A stretch of DNA of 32,000 bases from an uncultured Acidobacteriaceae bacterium (GTDB taxonomy: Bacteria; Acidobacteriota; Terriglobia; Terriglobales; Acidobacteriaceae): NCBI GenBank assembly GCA_963738035.1, contig CAVTVB010000008.1, forward strand, positions 485,894 through 517,893, read 5' to 3'. Each line of letters starts with the position of its first letter. Positions within the stretch are counted from its first letter, which is position 1. The translations under genes were made by a program, and so were the position numbers. This document shows positions 17,284 to 26,979 of this stretch, piece after piece. Below the pieces are notes generated by a model. That model was not told the DNA's origin and did no database searches. It worked only from the letters and a program-made list of their open reading frames with translations.

Positions 17284-17332
17284 AAACTCAGAACTGCCAA
17301 CTGAGAACCTCGAACTCAAGAATTGCTATACT
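17284..17332 (+). promoter_or_regulatory. Six tandem heptamers abutting an extended -10 promoter element
   Basis: Heptamers are AAACTCA GAACTGC CAACTGA GAACCTC GAACTCA AGAATTG (17284-17325). They run into TGCTATACT (17324-17332), a TGn extended -10, 21 nt upstream of ATG 17353. Confidence 0.45.
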
Positions 17333-17352
17333 CGGCGCAGCAGGTTTCGAAA

Positions 17353-17614
17353 ATGGACTCATTTCGCCAGCAGCGGGCCTGGTTCTGGATAGCGATCGCG
17401 GCCATCGTGATCGTCCTCGTTGCGCTGCTCGTTCCGCACGGATCCAGCACAGACGCTCCCGCCTGGATGGCGCTTCTCCCCGCGTTCTTCGTTGGGCTTG
17501 CTTGTTCCGTTCAGCCTGCTGCCGTTGTTGCCGGTCCTTTCGCTCGGCCACACGCCCGAAGCTCCATCGCTGGCCCCTTCCTTCCAGCGCCCTCCGCCCT
17601 TCCGACTCGCTTAA
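17353..17614 (+). pseudogene. Small two-TM membrane protein (paralogue of 18158-18547) carrying a +1 frameshift
   Basis: Frame 1 gives MDSFRQQRAWFWIAIAAIVIVLVALLVPHGSSTDAPAWMALLPAFFVG. The next frame gives LLVPFSLLPLLPVLSLGHTPEAPSLAPSFQRPPPFRLA*. Both halves align to the downstream paralogue. The shift is at the GGG run 17494-17496. Confidence 0.7.
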
Positions 17615-17719
17615 CTTCTTCAATCGGTCCACACACGCAGGGACCTGCGGTTCATGCTGCAGGTGTCTCTGTGATCCACCGACAGCGGAGTTCTGCCCCA
17701 CATCGGAAAGGTCATCTTT

Positions 17720-18076
17720 ATGGATACCGTGTACAGTGCAGTTGCTGCACTTGCTTTAGGCTCGCCGTTCCTGTCGATTCTCGCGATTCTGGCTTACTAC
17801 TACCTGTTCCGCGTTCCATGGCGCGGCAGTCGGAGATTGGGAAAACGGTCTAGGTTTTCTCCATCCTCCGAAGGACTTGGGACTGTGCTTCTGGGCTTGA
17901 CGCTCATTTACCGGCCCCGCATTCATTACGCCATCGAAGCGCAGCAGCGCCAGGTTGAAGACGCCGACGAAGACGACAACGGCGACCCCGACACGCCAAA
18001 GAGGCACCTTTTCCGCCAACTACGCCGAATTCGCAGAGGCGAGCACGTCGAAACTCTCTCATTGCGCCTCGAATGA
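17720..18076 (+). CDS. Hypothetical small membrane protein (two predicted TM segments, acidic then Arg-rich tail)
   Basis: 118 aa. TM1 is AVAALALGSPFLSILAILAYYYLF and TM2 is GLGTVLLGLTLIY. The tail reads EAQQRQVEDADEDDNGDPDTPKRHLFRQLRRIRRGE. I recognise no family. Confidence 0.55.
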   Translation: MDTVYSAVAALALGSPFLSILAILAYYYLFRVPWRGSRRLGKRSRFSPSSEGLGTVLLGLTLIYRPRIHYAIEAQQRQVEDADEDDNGDPDTPKRHLFRQLRRIRRGEHVETLSLRLE

Positions 18077-18157
18077 GCCACGCCAGGCCAATATCCGCGC
18101 CCCTGCTTCTGCCGCCGGCACAGCCATTTGTGGCAAAATATGAGATGGACACTTAAA

Positions 18158-18547
18158 ATGCCTTTCGCTCGCAACAGAAACGCTTGGATGTGGGTGGCAA
18201 TTGCCGCCGTCGCATTCACCTCTGTTGCCCGCGCTCAGACTCGACAGCAAAACGCCAAGGCCTTCGCGCATCCGGTACTCGAGTTCCTGGCGCGGAGTCA
18301 GGCACAAGACCCCGCCGCGCACTCCGGTGTCTCACGGTTCGCGCATCTCAGTTCCCGGCTTCAGGCGCGGTCCATGTTGCGCGATGCAGGCTCCGGTGCA
18401 TTGATCGCGATCCTGCCTGTGTTGTTTATCGGGTTGGTTTCGCCCCTCACTCTCGTTTCTCTCGCGTCCATCCGATGCCTGGGCCGTTCTCCCGCAGTGC
18501 CTCTGCTTTCCGACCTCTTCCAGCGCCCCCCGCCTTGCCTCGCGTGA
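18158..18547 (+). CDS. Hypothetical small membrane/secreted protein, paralogue of 17353-17614
   Basis: The start was chosen by alignment to the paralogue ([27 protein letters not shown]); the ORF opens at 18128. The C-terminal hydrophobic segment is [24 protein letters not shown], and the protein ends [10 protein letters not shown]. Confidence 0.6.
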   Translation: MPFARNRNAWMWVAIAAVAFTSVARAQTRQQNAKAFAHPVLEFLARSQAQDPAAHSGVSRFAHLSSRLQARSMLRDAGSGALIAILPVLFIGLVSPLTLVSLASIRCLGRSPAVPLLSDLFQRPPPCLA

Positions 18548-18632
18548 CTTTTCTGCGCTGACGCAGCGTTTGCCGACAAAGTACTCGGTCGCTGCAATTC
18601 ACGACATTCCCACTGGAAGATTGGAGTTTTCC

Positions 18633-21620
18633 GTGTTTTTCGATAAGGCACTCACGAAAGTATTCGGCACCGCCAACGAGCGGGCCATCAAGAAACTGCT
18701 TCCCATTGTTGGACAGGTCGGCGCATTTGAGCCGGAGATGGAAAAGCTTTCAGATGAACAGCTTCGGGCCAAGACAGTCGACTTCCGCGCGCGCATCGCC
18801 GCTAAGCTCGAAGGAATTACCGACGCCGACGCTATCAAGACGGCAGAGCGCGCTGCTCTCGACGAGATCCTGCCTGAAGCCTTCGCCGTAGTCCGCGAAG
18901 CCGGTTGGCGCGCCGTGAAGATGCGCCATTTCGATGTGCAGCTTATAGGCGGCGCAGTCCTCCACCAGGGCAAGATCAGCGAAATGAAGACCGGCGAAGG
19001 CAAAACACTCGTCGCCACCCTCTCCTGCTATCTCAACGCGCTCGCCGGCCACGGCGTTCACGTAGTCACCGTCAACGACTACCTGGCCAAGCGCGACGCC
19101 GAGTGGATGGGCAAGATCTATGAGTTTCTCGGCCTCACCGTCGGTGTCATCGTTCACGACTTGAGTGACGACGAGCGCCGCCAGGCCTACGCCGCCGACA
19201 TCACCTACGGGACGAATAACGAATTTGGCTTCGACTACCTGCGCGACAACATGAAGTTCGAAATCAAGGATTGCGTGCAGCGCGGCCACTACTACGCCAT
19301 CGTTGACGAAGTCGACTCCATCCTCATCGACGAAGCCCGCACTCCCCTCATCATCTCCGGCCCCACCGATCAGACCACCGACAAGTACGCGCGTGTACGC
19401 AAGATCATTCCGGTGCTCGAGTTGGGCGAAGAGATCGAGAGCCTTGAAGGCAAAACCTTCACCGGCGATTACTTCGTCGACGAGAAGCACCGCACGATCG
19501 GTGTGACGGACGAAGGCTGGGTCACGATCGAAAAGGCGCTCAGCATCGACAACATCGCCAGCGCCGAAAACTGGGAACTCAAGCATTACGTCGAAACCGC
19601 CATCAAGGCGCACTCGCTTTACAAACGCGATGTGGATTATGTGGTCAAGGACGGCGAAGTGATCATCGTCGACACCTTTACCGGTCGACTGATGCCTGGC
19701 CGTCGCTGGAGCGATGGCCTGCACCAATCCATCGAAGCCAAGGAAGGCGTGAACATTCGCAAGGAAGACCAGACCCTTGCCACCATCACCTTTCAGAACT
19801 ACTTCCGGCTCTATAAGAAGCTCAGCGGCATGACCGGTACCGCCGAAACCGAAGCCGCCGAATTCGAAAAGATCTACAAGCTTGAAATCGTGGTAATTCC
19901 CACGAACAAGCCAATGCTCCGTAAAGAAAATGCCGACGTCGTCTATCGCACGGAAAAAGAAAAATTCAAAGCTGCGGCCGACGACATTGGCATCCTGCAT
20001 GAGTCGCAACAACCGGTGCTGGTGGGCACCGTATCCATCGAGAAATCTGAACGCCTCTCCGCCATCCTGCAACGCAAAGGCATTCGCCACGTCGTTCTCA
20101 ACGCCAAACAGCACGAGCGCGAAGCCGAATATGTTGCGCAGGCGGGCCGCCTCGGCATGGTCACCATCGCCACCAACATGGCCGGCCGCGGCACCGACAT
20201 TCTGCTCGGCGGCAATCCAGAATTCATGGCGCGCCAGGAAATGGTGAAACAGGGCCGCGCCCGCGCGCTATCAGTCGCCGAAGGAGCCATCAATCCCATG
20301 GCGCCTCCCGGCTTCCAGCGCTTCTACTACCAGGGGCAGGAGTTCGAAGTCTCTGAACCCGACTGGAACGCAACCTTCTCCGTCCACAACGAAGCCGCGC
20401 AAAAGGAACACGAAGAAGTTGTCGCCAAGGGTGGCTTATTTATCCTCGGCACCGAGCGCCACGAGTCACGACGCATCGACAACCAGCTTCGTGGCCGTGC
20501 AGGCCGCCAGGGAGATCCCGGCGCATCGCGCTTCTATCTCTCGCTTGAAGACGACCTCATGCGCATCTTCGCCAAGCAGTGGGTGAGCACGCTGCTCGAG
20601 AAGCTGGGAATGGAAGAGGGTGTGCCCATCGAGTCGAAGATGATTTCGAATCGAATTGAGGCGGCGCAAAAGGCTGTGGAAGCACAGAACTTTGAATCGC
20701 GTAAACACCTGCTCGAGTACGACGACGTAATGAACAAACAGCGCGAGGCTGTCTACGGCCTGCGCCGCCAACTGCTTGAAGGCGTCGACCAGCGCGAACT
20801 GATCCTCGAAGACTACGTCGGCGGAATCCTTAGCAACCTGCTCGATGAATTCGCGCCCGATGACAAGCATCCCGATCAGTGGAACCTGAAGGGGCTTGAG
20901 GAAAAGCTAATGGGCCAGTTCGGCATTGCGCTCGGTGACATCGGCACAAACGCGGCGAACCGGCACGATCTTGGCGAGACGATCTTTGAAAAGCTGAAGG
21001 GTGAATACGAAGCCAAGGAAAATATCCTCAGCGCGCCCCAGATGCGCTATCACGAGCGCATGGTCATGCTAAGCGTGATCGACGGCCTGTGGAAAGACCA
21101 CCTTCTCGCCATGGACCACTTGAAAGAGGGGATCGGCCTTCGCGGCTACGCGCAGCAGGATCCACTGGTGGCCTACAAGCGCGAGTCCTTCGACATGTTC
21201 GAAGCCATGATGGCGAAGTTCCAGGAAGACACCGTTCGTTTCCTCTTCCGCATGCAGATCCTCGGCCCCGACGGACGTCCGATCACCGCAGCTCCGGAGC
21301 CGCGTAGGGATGTTCCGCTTGCGCCGCCCGTGGCCAGCGCCGACCAGTTGACGTTGAATGGCGATGGACAACCCAGGCTGCACGATGCCGCGCCGCGTGA
21401 GATCGCAATTCCCACGCGCGCGCCCTCCACCACCATCGACCAACTGGAGAAGGAGTTCGCCCGCAAAAAGCAGCGGGAACTCGAAGCCGCCACCCGGGCC
21501 GGAGCCGGAAACGGCAGCGAGCCCTCGCAACGGCGCACCGGCGAGAAAGTCGGCCGCAACGATCCTTGCCCATGCGGTTCAGGCAAGAAGTACAAAAAGT
21601 GCCACGGCGCGGAAGCGTAG
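18633..21620 (+). CDS. secA: Preprotein translocase ATPase SecA
   Basis: GTG 18633 has GGAG 6 nt upstream and gives the canonical N-terminus [20 protein letters not shown]; the ORF opens at 18570. Motifs are [13 protein letters not shown] and [19 protein letters not shown]. The C-terminal zinc motif is [14 protein letters not shown]. Confidence 0.95.
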   Translation: MFFDKALTKVFGTANERAIKKLLPIVGQVGAFEPEMEKLSDEQLRAKTVDFRARIAAKLEGITDADAIKTAERAALDEILPEAFAVVREAGWRAVKMRHFDVQLIGGAVLHQGKISEMKTGEGKTLVATLSCYLNALAGHGVHVVTVNDYLAKRDAEWMGKIYEFLGLTVGVIVHDLSDDERRQAYAADITYGTNNEFGFDYLRDNMKFEIKDCVQRGHYYAIVDEVDSILIDEARTPLIISGPTDQTTDKYARVRKIIPVLELGEEIESLEGKTFTGDYFVDEKHRTIGVTDEGWVTIEKALSIDNIASAENWELKHYVETAIKAHSLYKRDVDYVVKDGEVIIVDTFTGRLMPGRRWSDGLHQSIEAKEGVNIRKEDQTLATITFQNYFRLYKKLSGMTGTAETEAAEFEKIYKLEIVVIPTNKPMLRKENADVVYRTEKEKFKAAADDIGILHESQQPVLVGTVSIEKSERLSAILQRKGIRHVVLNAKQHEREAEYVAQAGRLGMVTIATNMAGRGTDILLGGNPEFMARQEMVKQGRARALSVAEGAINPMAPPGFQRFYYQGQEFEVSEPDWNATFSVHNEAAQKEHEEVVAKGGLFILGTERHESRRIDNQLRGRAGRQGDPGASRFYLSLEDDLMRIFAKQWVSTLLEKLGMEEGVPIESKMISNRIEAAQKAVEAQNFESRKHLLEYDDVMNKQREAVYGLRRQLLEGVDQRELILEDYVGGILSNLLDEFAPDDKHPDQWNLKGLEEKLMGQFGIALGDIGTNAANRHDLGETIFEKLKGEYEAKENILSAPQMRYHERMVMLSVIDGLWKDHLLAMDHLKEGIGLRGYAQQDPLVAYKRESFDMFEAMMAKFQEDTVRFLFRMQILGPDGRPITAAPEPRRDVPLAPPVASADQLTLNGDGQPRLHDAAPREIAIPTRAPSTTIDQLEKEFARKKQRELEAATRAGAGNGSEPSQRRTGEKVGRNDPCPCGSGKKYKKCHGAEA

Positions 21621-21847
21621 CACAGAGATACTTCGACCACAGGTGTTGTGGGGCGGAATCGCTTCTCCTGTGATCTGCCAACGGCCGATGAGGTCGTCCG
21701 TTTCTGGACGGTACTTTGCGATTGCGGACAATGCAAACGTCCGGCGACCAGGCCTGAATTCATTGAAACTAAGCACTTAGAGCGGGTCCGGTTTGGCCGT
21801 GGGAGTGCGGCTGCCATGGTTCCCACATGCAGCGCTCCGGAGGCAAG

Positions 21848-24307
21848 ATGAGAAACCTCGTTCGCGAACTTCGCTACGCATTTCGCCAGATCCGCAATTC
21901 GCCAGGATTCTCTCTGACCGTGGTGCTGATGCTGGCGTTGGGCATCGGAGCCAACACGGCCGTTTTCAGCGTGATGAACGCTGTCCTGATGCAACTGCTG
22001 CCGGTGAGCCGGCCTCAGGGGCTCTCCTATGTTCATATTGGCGGCGGAGAAAACCAGCCACCGGGGGGCTGGAATACGGGCGATGGCGATACCTCGTTTT
22101 CAGAAGCAACATTCGAGGCGTTCCGCCTGCGCAGCGACCTCTTTGAGGAACTGATCGGTTATGTGCCGTTGAGCTTTACCGGAAACGTGCCCGTGCGTTA
22201 CGGCGAGATGCCCGAGGATGCAGAAGGCGATGAAGTGAGCGGCAACTTCTTTTCGGGACTGGGCGCACGCATCGAGCGCGGACGGGGATTCTCCCTTGAC
22301 GATGAGAAGGCCCACGCGCCGATCGCGGTCATCAGCTACGACTATTGGACACGGCGTTTTGCTCGCGATCCCGAGGTGCTCGGACACACGCTTTACGTGC
22401 GAGGCGTGCCTCTGACCATCGTGGGCATCACCGCGCATGGATTCAAGGGCATCGAGCCAGCCACCTCCACCGATTTCTGGATCCCACTGCAAAACCGGCC
22501 AGAGCTGAACGCTTGGGGCACTACAGAGAAGGACGAAACCCTTTACGGGGCGCCGCGGTGGTGGTGCCTGCGGATGATGGCACGGCTCAAAAGCGGCGTA
22601 ACGCCGCAACAGGCTGGTCAGGCGCTGGCCGGCACATTCGGCGAAGTCGCCTCGCAGTCGCTGGGCAAGATCGATCCCAAGGCATGGAAGCCGTTGCTCG
22701 ATTTCGTGCCGGCGCGTGGCATCGCCGGTTACAACGATTCTTATCGCGAGCCGGTGCGCATCCTCATGGCGCTTGTGGCGATGGTGCTGCTGATCGCGTG
22801 CACTAACGTTGCGATGATGGTGCAGGCACGGAATGCGGGCCGACAGCGCCAATTCAGCTTGAGAATGGCCATCGGCGCGACGAAGGCAACAATCTTGCGC
22901 CAGCTACTGATCGAGAGCGTGTTGCTGGTCACTGCGGGGGCATTGCTTGGCTGGCTGTTTGCCCTTCTGGCTACGAACGCGCTAGCGGCATGGTCTGAAA
23001 TCGAGACCGGGCTCAGCCCCGACCGCACTGTACTCCTGTTCACGCTGGCCGTCTCCTGCGCGGCTGCGCTGGCGTTCGGGCTTGCGCCTCTGTGGAGCGC
23101 GGTAAGTGCTCCGGTTGCCGGAGTGTTGCGCGCGAATACATCAAACTTTACGGCCACGCGTGGGCGAGTGATGGGTGGGCGAATCGTGCTCTCAGCTCAG
23201 GTTGCCGTGTCGCTGGTTCTGCTGATGGCCGCAAGCCTGCTGCTGCGAACCTTGCACAACTACGCCACAGAGAACCTTGGCATACAGGCCCAAAGCGTGC
23301 TCGCATTTGGTGTGGCGCCGCAGGGGCGGACCGACACCCATTTCTTCTATCGCAACTTGCTCGAACATATTCGCCAGACGCCCGGAGTCGAGTCCGTGTC
23401 CATGGCCGCGAATCGGCCTGGGACGGGATGGAGCAACAACGATGTGCTGATCATCGACGGAGTGCTCCAGAACGGCTCGAGCCTCCGCTGGAACGCCGTC
23501 GGTCCGGATTTCTTCAGAACAGTGGGCGCGCCGATTCTTGCCGGGCGCGACATCGGCCAGCGGGATGTCAAGGGAACACAGCGTGTTGTGGTAGTAAACG
23601 AGACCATGGTGACGCGCTACTTTGCGCACACGAATCCGATCGGACATCAGATCTGGAAGGAGAATCCCGCGACCATTGTCGGTGTCGTGGCCGACAGCAA
23701 ATATCGGTCGGTGGACGAAACCCCGCGTCCGATGGCCTTTACCGCTGCGATGCAGGATGACTCGCTGGGCACGATGAGTATTGAACTACGCGCGCAGGGT
23801 GACGCCATGGCGTTGCTGCCTGAGATGCGGAAACTCGTCGCCGGACTTTATCCGGATGTGCCGCTTGAGCAGCCCATGACGCAGCAGGATCAATTCGAGA
23901 AATCCTATGAGCAACAGCGGATGTTTGCCGCGATGGGTGGATTCTTCGGACTGCTGGCGGCTCTGCTGGTGGCGACCGGACTTTATGGAATGCACTCATT
24001 CCGCGTGAGCCGGCGCACCAACGAGATCGGCGTGCGCATGGCGCTCGGCGCAAGCCGCATGCAGATGCTGGCCATGGTGCTGCGCGAGAGTCTCTGGGTG
24101 CTCTTGGCGGGAATCGCCGCGGGGATTCCCTTGACCTATTTTGCCGCGAAGCAACTCACGTCGATGTTGTACCAGATGTCGCCCTTCGATCCGGCGAGTT
24201 TTGCCATATCCATTGCGGCAATGACAATAGTGGGAGCATGCGCGGCTCTGGTGCCGGCGAGGCGCGCAGCATCGGTTGAGCCAATGCAGGCATTGCGGAC
24301 GGAGTGA
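21848..24307 (+). CDS. Duplicated FtsX/MacB-type ABC permease, ADOP (acidobacterial duplicated orphan permease) family
   Basis: ATG 21848 follows GGAGG. The N-terminus is MRNLVRELRYAFRQIRNSPGFSLTVVLMLALGIGANTAVFSVMNAVL. The protein has two MacB-like periplasmic plus FtsX modules and ends EPMQALRTE. No ATPase gene is adjacent. Confidence 0.9.
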   Translation: MRNLVRELRYAFRQIRNSPGFSLTVVLMLALGIGANTAVFSVMNAVLMQLLPVSRPQGLSYVHIGGGENQPPGGWNTGDGDTSFSEATFEAFRLRSDLFEELIGYVPLSFTGNVPVRYGEMPEDAEGDEVSGNFFSGLGARIERGRGFSLDDEKAHAPIAVISYDYWTRRFARDPEVLGHTLYVRGVPLTIVGITAHGFKGIEPATSTDFWIPLQNRPELNAWGTTEKDETLYGAPRWWCLRMMARLKSGVTPQQAGQALAGTFGEVASQSLGKIDPKAWKPLLDFVPARGIAGYNDSYREPVRILMALVAMVLLIACTNVAMMVQARNAGRQRQFSLRMAIGATKATILRQLLIESVLLVTAGALLGWLFALLATNALAAWSEIETGLSPDRTVLLFTLAVSCAAALAFGLAPLWSAVSAPVAGVLRANTSNFTATRGRVMGGRIVLSAQVAVSLVLLMAASLLLRTLHNYATENLGIQAQSVLAFGVAPQGRTDTHFFYRNLLEHIRQTPGVESVSMAANRPGTGWSNNDVLIIDGVLQNGSSLRWNAVGPDFFRTVGAPILAGRDIGQRDVKGTQRVVVVNETMVTRYFAHTNPIGHQIWKENPATIVGVVADSKYRSVDETPRPMAFTAAMQDDSLGTMSIELRAQGDAMALLPEMRKLVAGLYPDVPLEQPMTQQDQFEKSYEQQRMFAAMGGFFGLLAALLVATGLYGMHSFRVSRRTNEIGVRMALGASRMQMLAMVLRESLWVLLAGIAAGIPLTYFAAKQLTSMLYQMSPFDPASFAISIAAMTIVGACAALVPARRAASVEPMQALRTE

Positions 24308-24412
24308 GGATGATGTTCGCTTTGTACTCGCTCCAAAGGGCGAACAGAAATTGGGGATGACCTCCCGGTGCGCCACGCTCGCAAGAAGCACCGTGAAGTC
24401 GGAGCGGTCACG

Positions 24413-24618
24413 CTACTGATCGAGTGCGAAGCTCACATCGACGCTAACCGTGGATTCACTATCGGCTTGCCGTCGGCGGAAACGGTCGCCGCCACTTCAA
24501 CAACGCCCGCGACGTGAAAGCGTTTGGCGATCTCAGGATAGACCCGAGCGACCCGAGTCTTAATCGCGCGATCACTTGCTCCCATATTCGAAACGGACAT
24601 CATGAGCAATAACGCCAC
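24413..24618 (-). pseudogene. Remnant of a small TonB C-terminal-domain protein
   Basis: The 61-aa ORF has RVARVYPEIAKRFHVAGVVEVAATVSADGKP, the start of a TonB_C domain. After about 24464 the expected ending (SESTVSVDVSFALDQ*) appears only in another frame, and the central helix/strand is missing. There is no ATG and the N-terminal signal is poor. Confidence 0.4.
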
Positions 24619-24662
24619 GGCGCCAATTTCGGTCAGATTTCGCTTGCAGCCACTGTTCGCCT

Positions 24663-25247
24663 TCAGCCATTCCCGACGGCTGCTTCAATGGCCGCAAACG
24701 TGAGATCGCTTGCGTCCGAACGGTGTTCTGCGCGCCACAGCTCGAAAAGCCGGCCGTAGCTGAGCGTCAGGTATTCCGAGCGATCCACGCCAAGCCGAAC
24801 CGCCGTCCGGTCGATCCACTCCGGCGATCCTTCCAGCTCTGCGTAGTCGCCGATCGGTGTCTCATCGATCACGCAGTGCCCCTCGTCGTCGGTCCACTCG
24901 CTGCGCCATTTTTCATACCGGAACGCCGCCACCAACCCAAGCGAAAGAAAAATCTGCTCCAGCACTCCGCCGTCGGCCACCACGGTTTCCGTCTCCACGC
25001 GGTGCTTGTGCGCGTCCTCGCCGGGCCCAATGTCAGGCAGGCGCTTGTGCGTCACGGTCCATCGTCCAGCGTAGCTTCGAATGCGCAGGATTTCAGTGCG
25101 TGCGCGCATCTTCCGATCAGGAGTGTCATACAGAACGTTGCTCTCAAATGTGCGCGGCGTCTGCTGCCGAAAGCCCGCCCGGCGAAGCCGCAATGCCAGC
25201 CCATCTACACTCGCAACTCGGAATTTGATTTCCGTCTCGATAGCCAT
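24663..25247 (-). CDS. CYTH-domain protein (class IV adenylate cyclase / triphosphatase family)
   Basis: 194 aa from ATG 25247. The N-terminal ExExK signature is MAIETEIKFRV. The rest of the 421-aa track ORF is an antisense overlap with the Sua5 gene and was trimmed. Confidence 0.8.
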   Translation of the reverse strand: MAIETEIKFRVASVDGLALRLRRAGFRQQTPRTFESNVLYDTPDRKMRARTEILRIRSYAGRWTVTHKRLPDIGPGEDAHKHRVETETVVADGGVLEQIFLSLGLVAAFRYEKWRSEWTDDEGHCVIDETPIGDYAELEGSPEWIDRTAVRLGVDRSEYLTLSYGRLFELWRAEHRSDASDLTFAAIEAAVGNG

Positions 25248-25367
25248 CGTAGAAAGCGAGTATACGCAGGTCGAGCGAATTAGGAAACAAGGTGTCGCTG
25301 CATTCCCTCCCCCGGTGATCTCTAATCTGCCATAGCGACAATGGCTGCGACCAGCGACAATAAGTGA

Positions 25368-26450
25368 GTGAAGACTCTGCGCTTTTCGGTTGACCCCGCA
25401 CGCATGGAAACTGACGAGGCACGAGCCGCCATCGCTCAAGCGGCGCAGATCCTTCGCTCTGGCGGACTCGTCGCCCTGCCCACTGAAACCGTGTACGGCC
25501 TTGGCGCCAATGCTCTCGACGCCGCTGCCGTCACCCGCATCTTCCAAGCCAAGCAGCGCCCATCCTGGGACCCAATCATCGTGCACATTGCCGGGCCAGT
25601 CGTTCAGAATCCGATGCTCGAGCCTCTGGTTGCAGATTTTCCGCCGGTGGTTCACGAATTGATGGAGGCCTTCTGGCCGGGCCCCCTGACGCTGCTGCTG
25701 CCGCGCTCTGCTGCTGTTCCCGATGTTGTCACCGCCGGTCGTCCGCTGGTTGGCATTCGCATGCCGGCACATCCGGTGGCGTTTGAAGTCATCCGGCAGG
25801 CGGGAGTTCCGATCGCCGCGCCGAGCGCCAATGTCTTCAGCCATATCAGCCCTACCACTGCAGCCCACGTGCTTGAAGATCTTGACGGAAAGATCGACGC
25901 GATCATCGATGCCGGCCCCACCCGTCATGGAGTTGAATCAACCGTTCTCGACCCGATGCAGAGTCCGATGATGATCTATCGCCCCGGTGCAATCACGGCG
26001 GAGCAGATCCGCAACGTCGCCGGTCCCGTGGTTCTCTACGAAGATAAGATGCGCCCGCAGACCGCCACTCCCGAGGCGCTTCCCTCGCCCGGCATTAGCC
26101 TTCGTCATTACGCACCGCGTGCACGGCTGGTCCTTGTCGAGGGCTCGCTCGCAGAACTCCCCGCACGACTCATCGATGCGGCCGCTCAGTGCGCAAAAGA
26201 CCGCCTCGGAGTGATGCTTCCGACGGAACTCGCAACCACCAACTTCGAACCGCCACTGCGGGGAGCAGTCGAGTTTCCATGGGGAAGTTGGAATGCGGTC
26301 GAGGAGTTGGCGGAAAAGCTTTACGCTGGTTTGCGCGCGCTGGATGCAGAAGGGTGCACTGTGATCCTATGCCCTCTGCCGCAAGCCGCAGGAATAGGCG
26401 AAGCGATCCGTGATCGGCTTAGAAAAGCTGCTTATTCTCCTGGGAGGTAG
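25368..26450 (+). CDS. tsaC: L-threonylcarbamoyladenylate synthase (YrdC domain plus Sua5 C-terminal domain)
   Basis: 360 aa. GTG 25368 is the called start, with an alternative ATG at 25407. Motifs are GGLVALPTETVYGLGANA, KQRPSWDPIIVHI and APSANVFSHISPTTA, followed by a C-terminal domain of about 130 aa. Confidence 0.88.
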   Translation: MKTLRFSVDPARMETDEARAAIAQAAQILRSGGLVALPTETVYGLGANALDAAAVTRIFQAKQRPSWDPIIVHIAGPVVQNPMLEPLVADFPPVVHELMEAFWPGPLTLLLPRSAAVPDVVTAGRPLVGIRMPAHPVAFEVIRQAGVPIAAPSANVFSHISPTTAAHVLEDLDGKIDAIIDAGPTRHGVESTVLDPMQSPMMIYRPGAITAEQIRNVAGPVVLYEDKMRPQTATPEALPSPGISLRHYAPRARLVLVEGSLAELPARLIDAAAQCAKDRLGVMLPTELATTNFEPPLRGAVEFPWGSWNAVEELAEKLYAGLRALDAEGCTVILCPLPQAAGIGEAIRDRLRKAAYSPGR

Positions 26451-26459
26451 TCGGTAGTT

Positions 26460-26798
26460 CTATTGCCCAACTTCACCAAGCTTATACATGTATTTGATTG
26501 CAGATTTATAAATAAGTGTCTTTGCGCGGCCACGCACTTTCAGCACTCCACGGTCGTACCACTCGATGTGACCTTCCACGCGTTCGCCATCTTCCAGCAC
26601 AATCACCATCGGCGTCTGTGACTGGATCTGTTTTTGCAGATAGAACTGCTCTGCCTGCCGGCAATTCTCATCGACCTCGTGACTTGTAAACCGAAAGGGC
26701 GGTGTGGCGATTGAACTCTGATTCCTGCGATACGTCGGGAAAAACGTCTCGGCGCGCCGCTGATTATCCACTCCCGGCACAATGGGCTGACTATTCAT
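26460..26798 (-). CDS. hfq: Hfq-like Sm-fold RNA-binding protein with an N-terminal extension
   Basis: ATG 26798 has GGAGG 5 nt upstream. The core QAEQFYLQKQIQSQTPMVIVLEDGERVEGHIEWYDRGVLKVRGRAKTLIYKSAIKYMY aligns by eye to the Hfq Sm1/Sm2 motifs (YKHAIS becomes YKSAIK). It is preceded by about 45 unrelated residues. Confidence 0.7.
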   Translation of the reverse strand: MNSQPIVPGVDNQRRAETFFPTYRRNQSSIATPPFRFTSHEVDENCRQAEQFYLQKQIQSQTPMVIVLEDGERVEGHIEWYDRGVLKVRGRAKTLIYKSAIKYMYKLGEVGQ

Positions 26799-26979
26799 AA
26801 AAACCTCCAAAGCAACGCAACATGGTTTGCACGAACATGGAGCAGATACTTCAATGCTTCACGCGGAAACGAGGTGATTCCACTCTCTCAATAGGCGTCG
26901 AAGTCTCTGAAGTTATCACCGAGCTTCGAAATGCTGGACATCAGACTCTAATTAGGTCTTGGCCGTTGAGAGTCTTTTG

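Noticed and set aside
18750-20114. 454-aa ORF on the minus strand inside secA
   Set aside because: It is entirely antisense to an unambiguous secA reading frame. Its composition (rich in Val, Gly, Asp and Ala, with no motifs) is typical of shadow frames in high-GC DNA. The same reasoning rejects 1590-2210, 2776-3528, 6429-7073, 7658-8377, 15360-15971, 21173-22036 and 22100-22852.
25248-25928. N-terminal 227-aa extension of the 421-aa ORF containing the CYTH domain
   Set aside because: The extension overlaps the Sua5/TsaC gene on the opposite strand and has no recognisable domain. The CYTH ExExK signature belongs at the extreme N-terminus, which fits ATG 25247.
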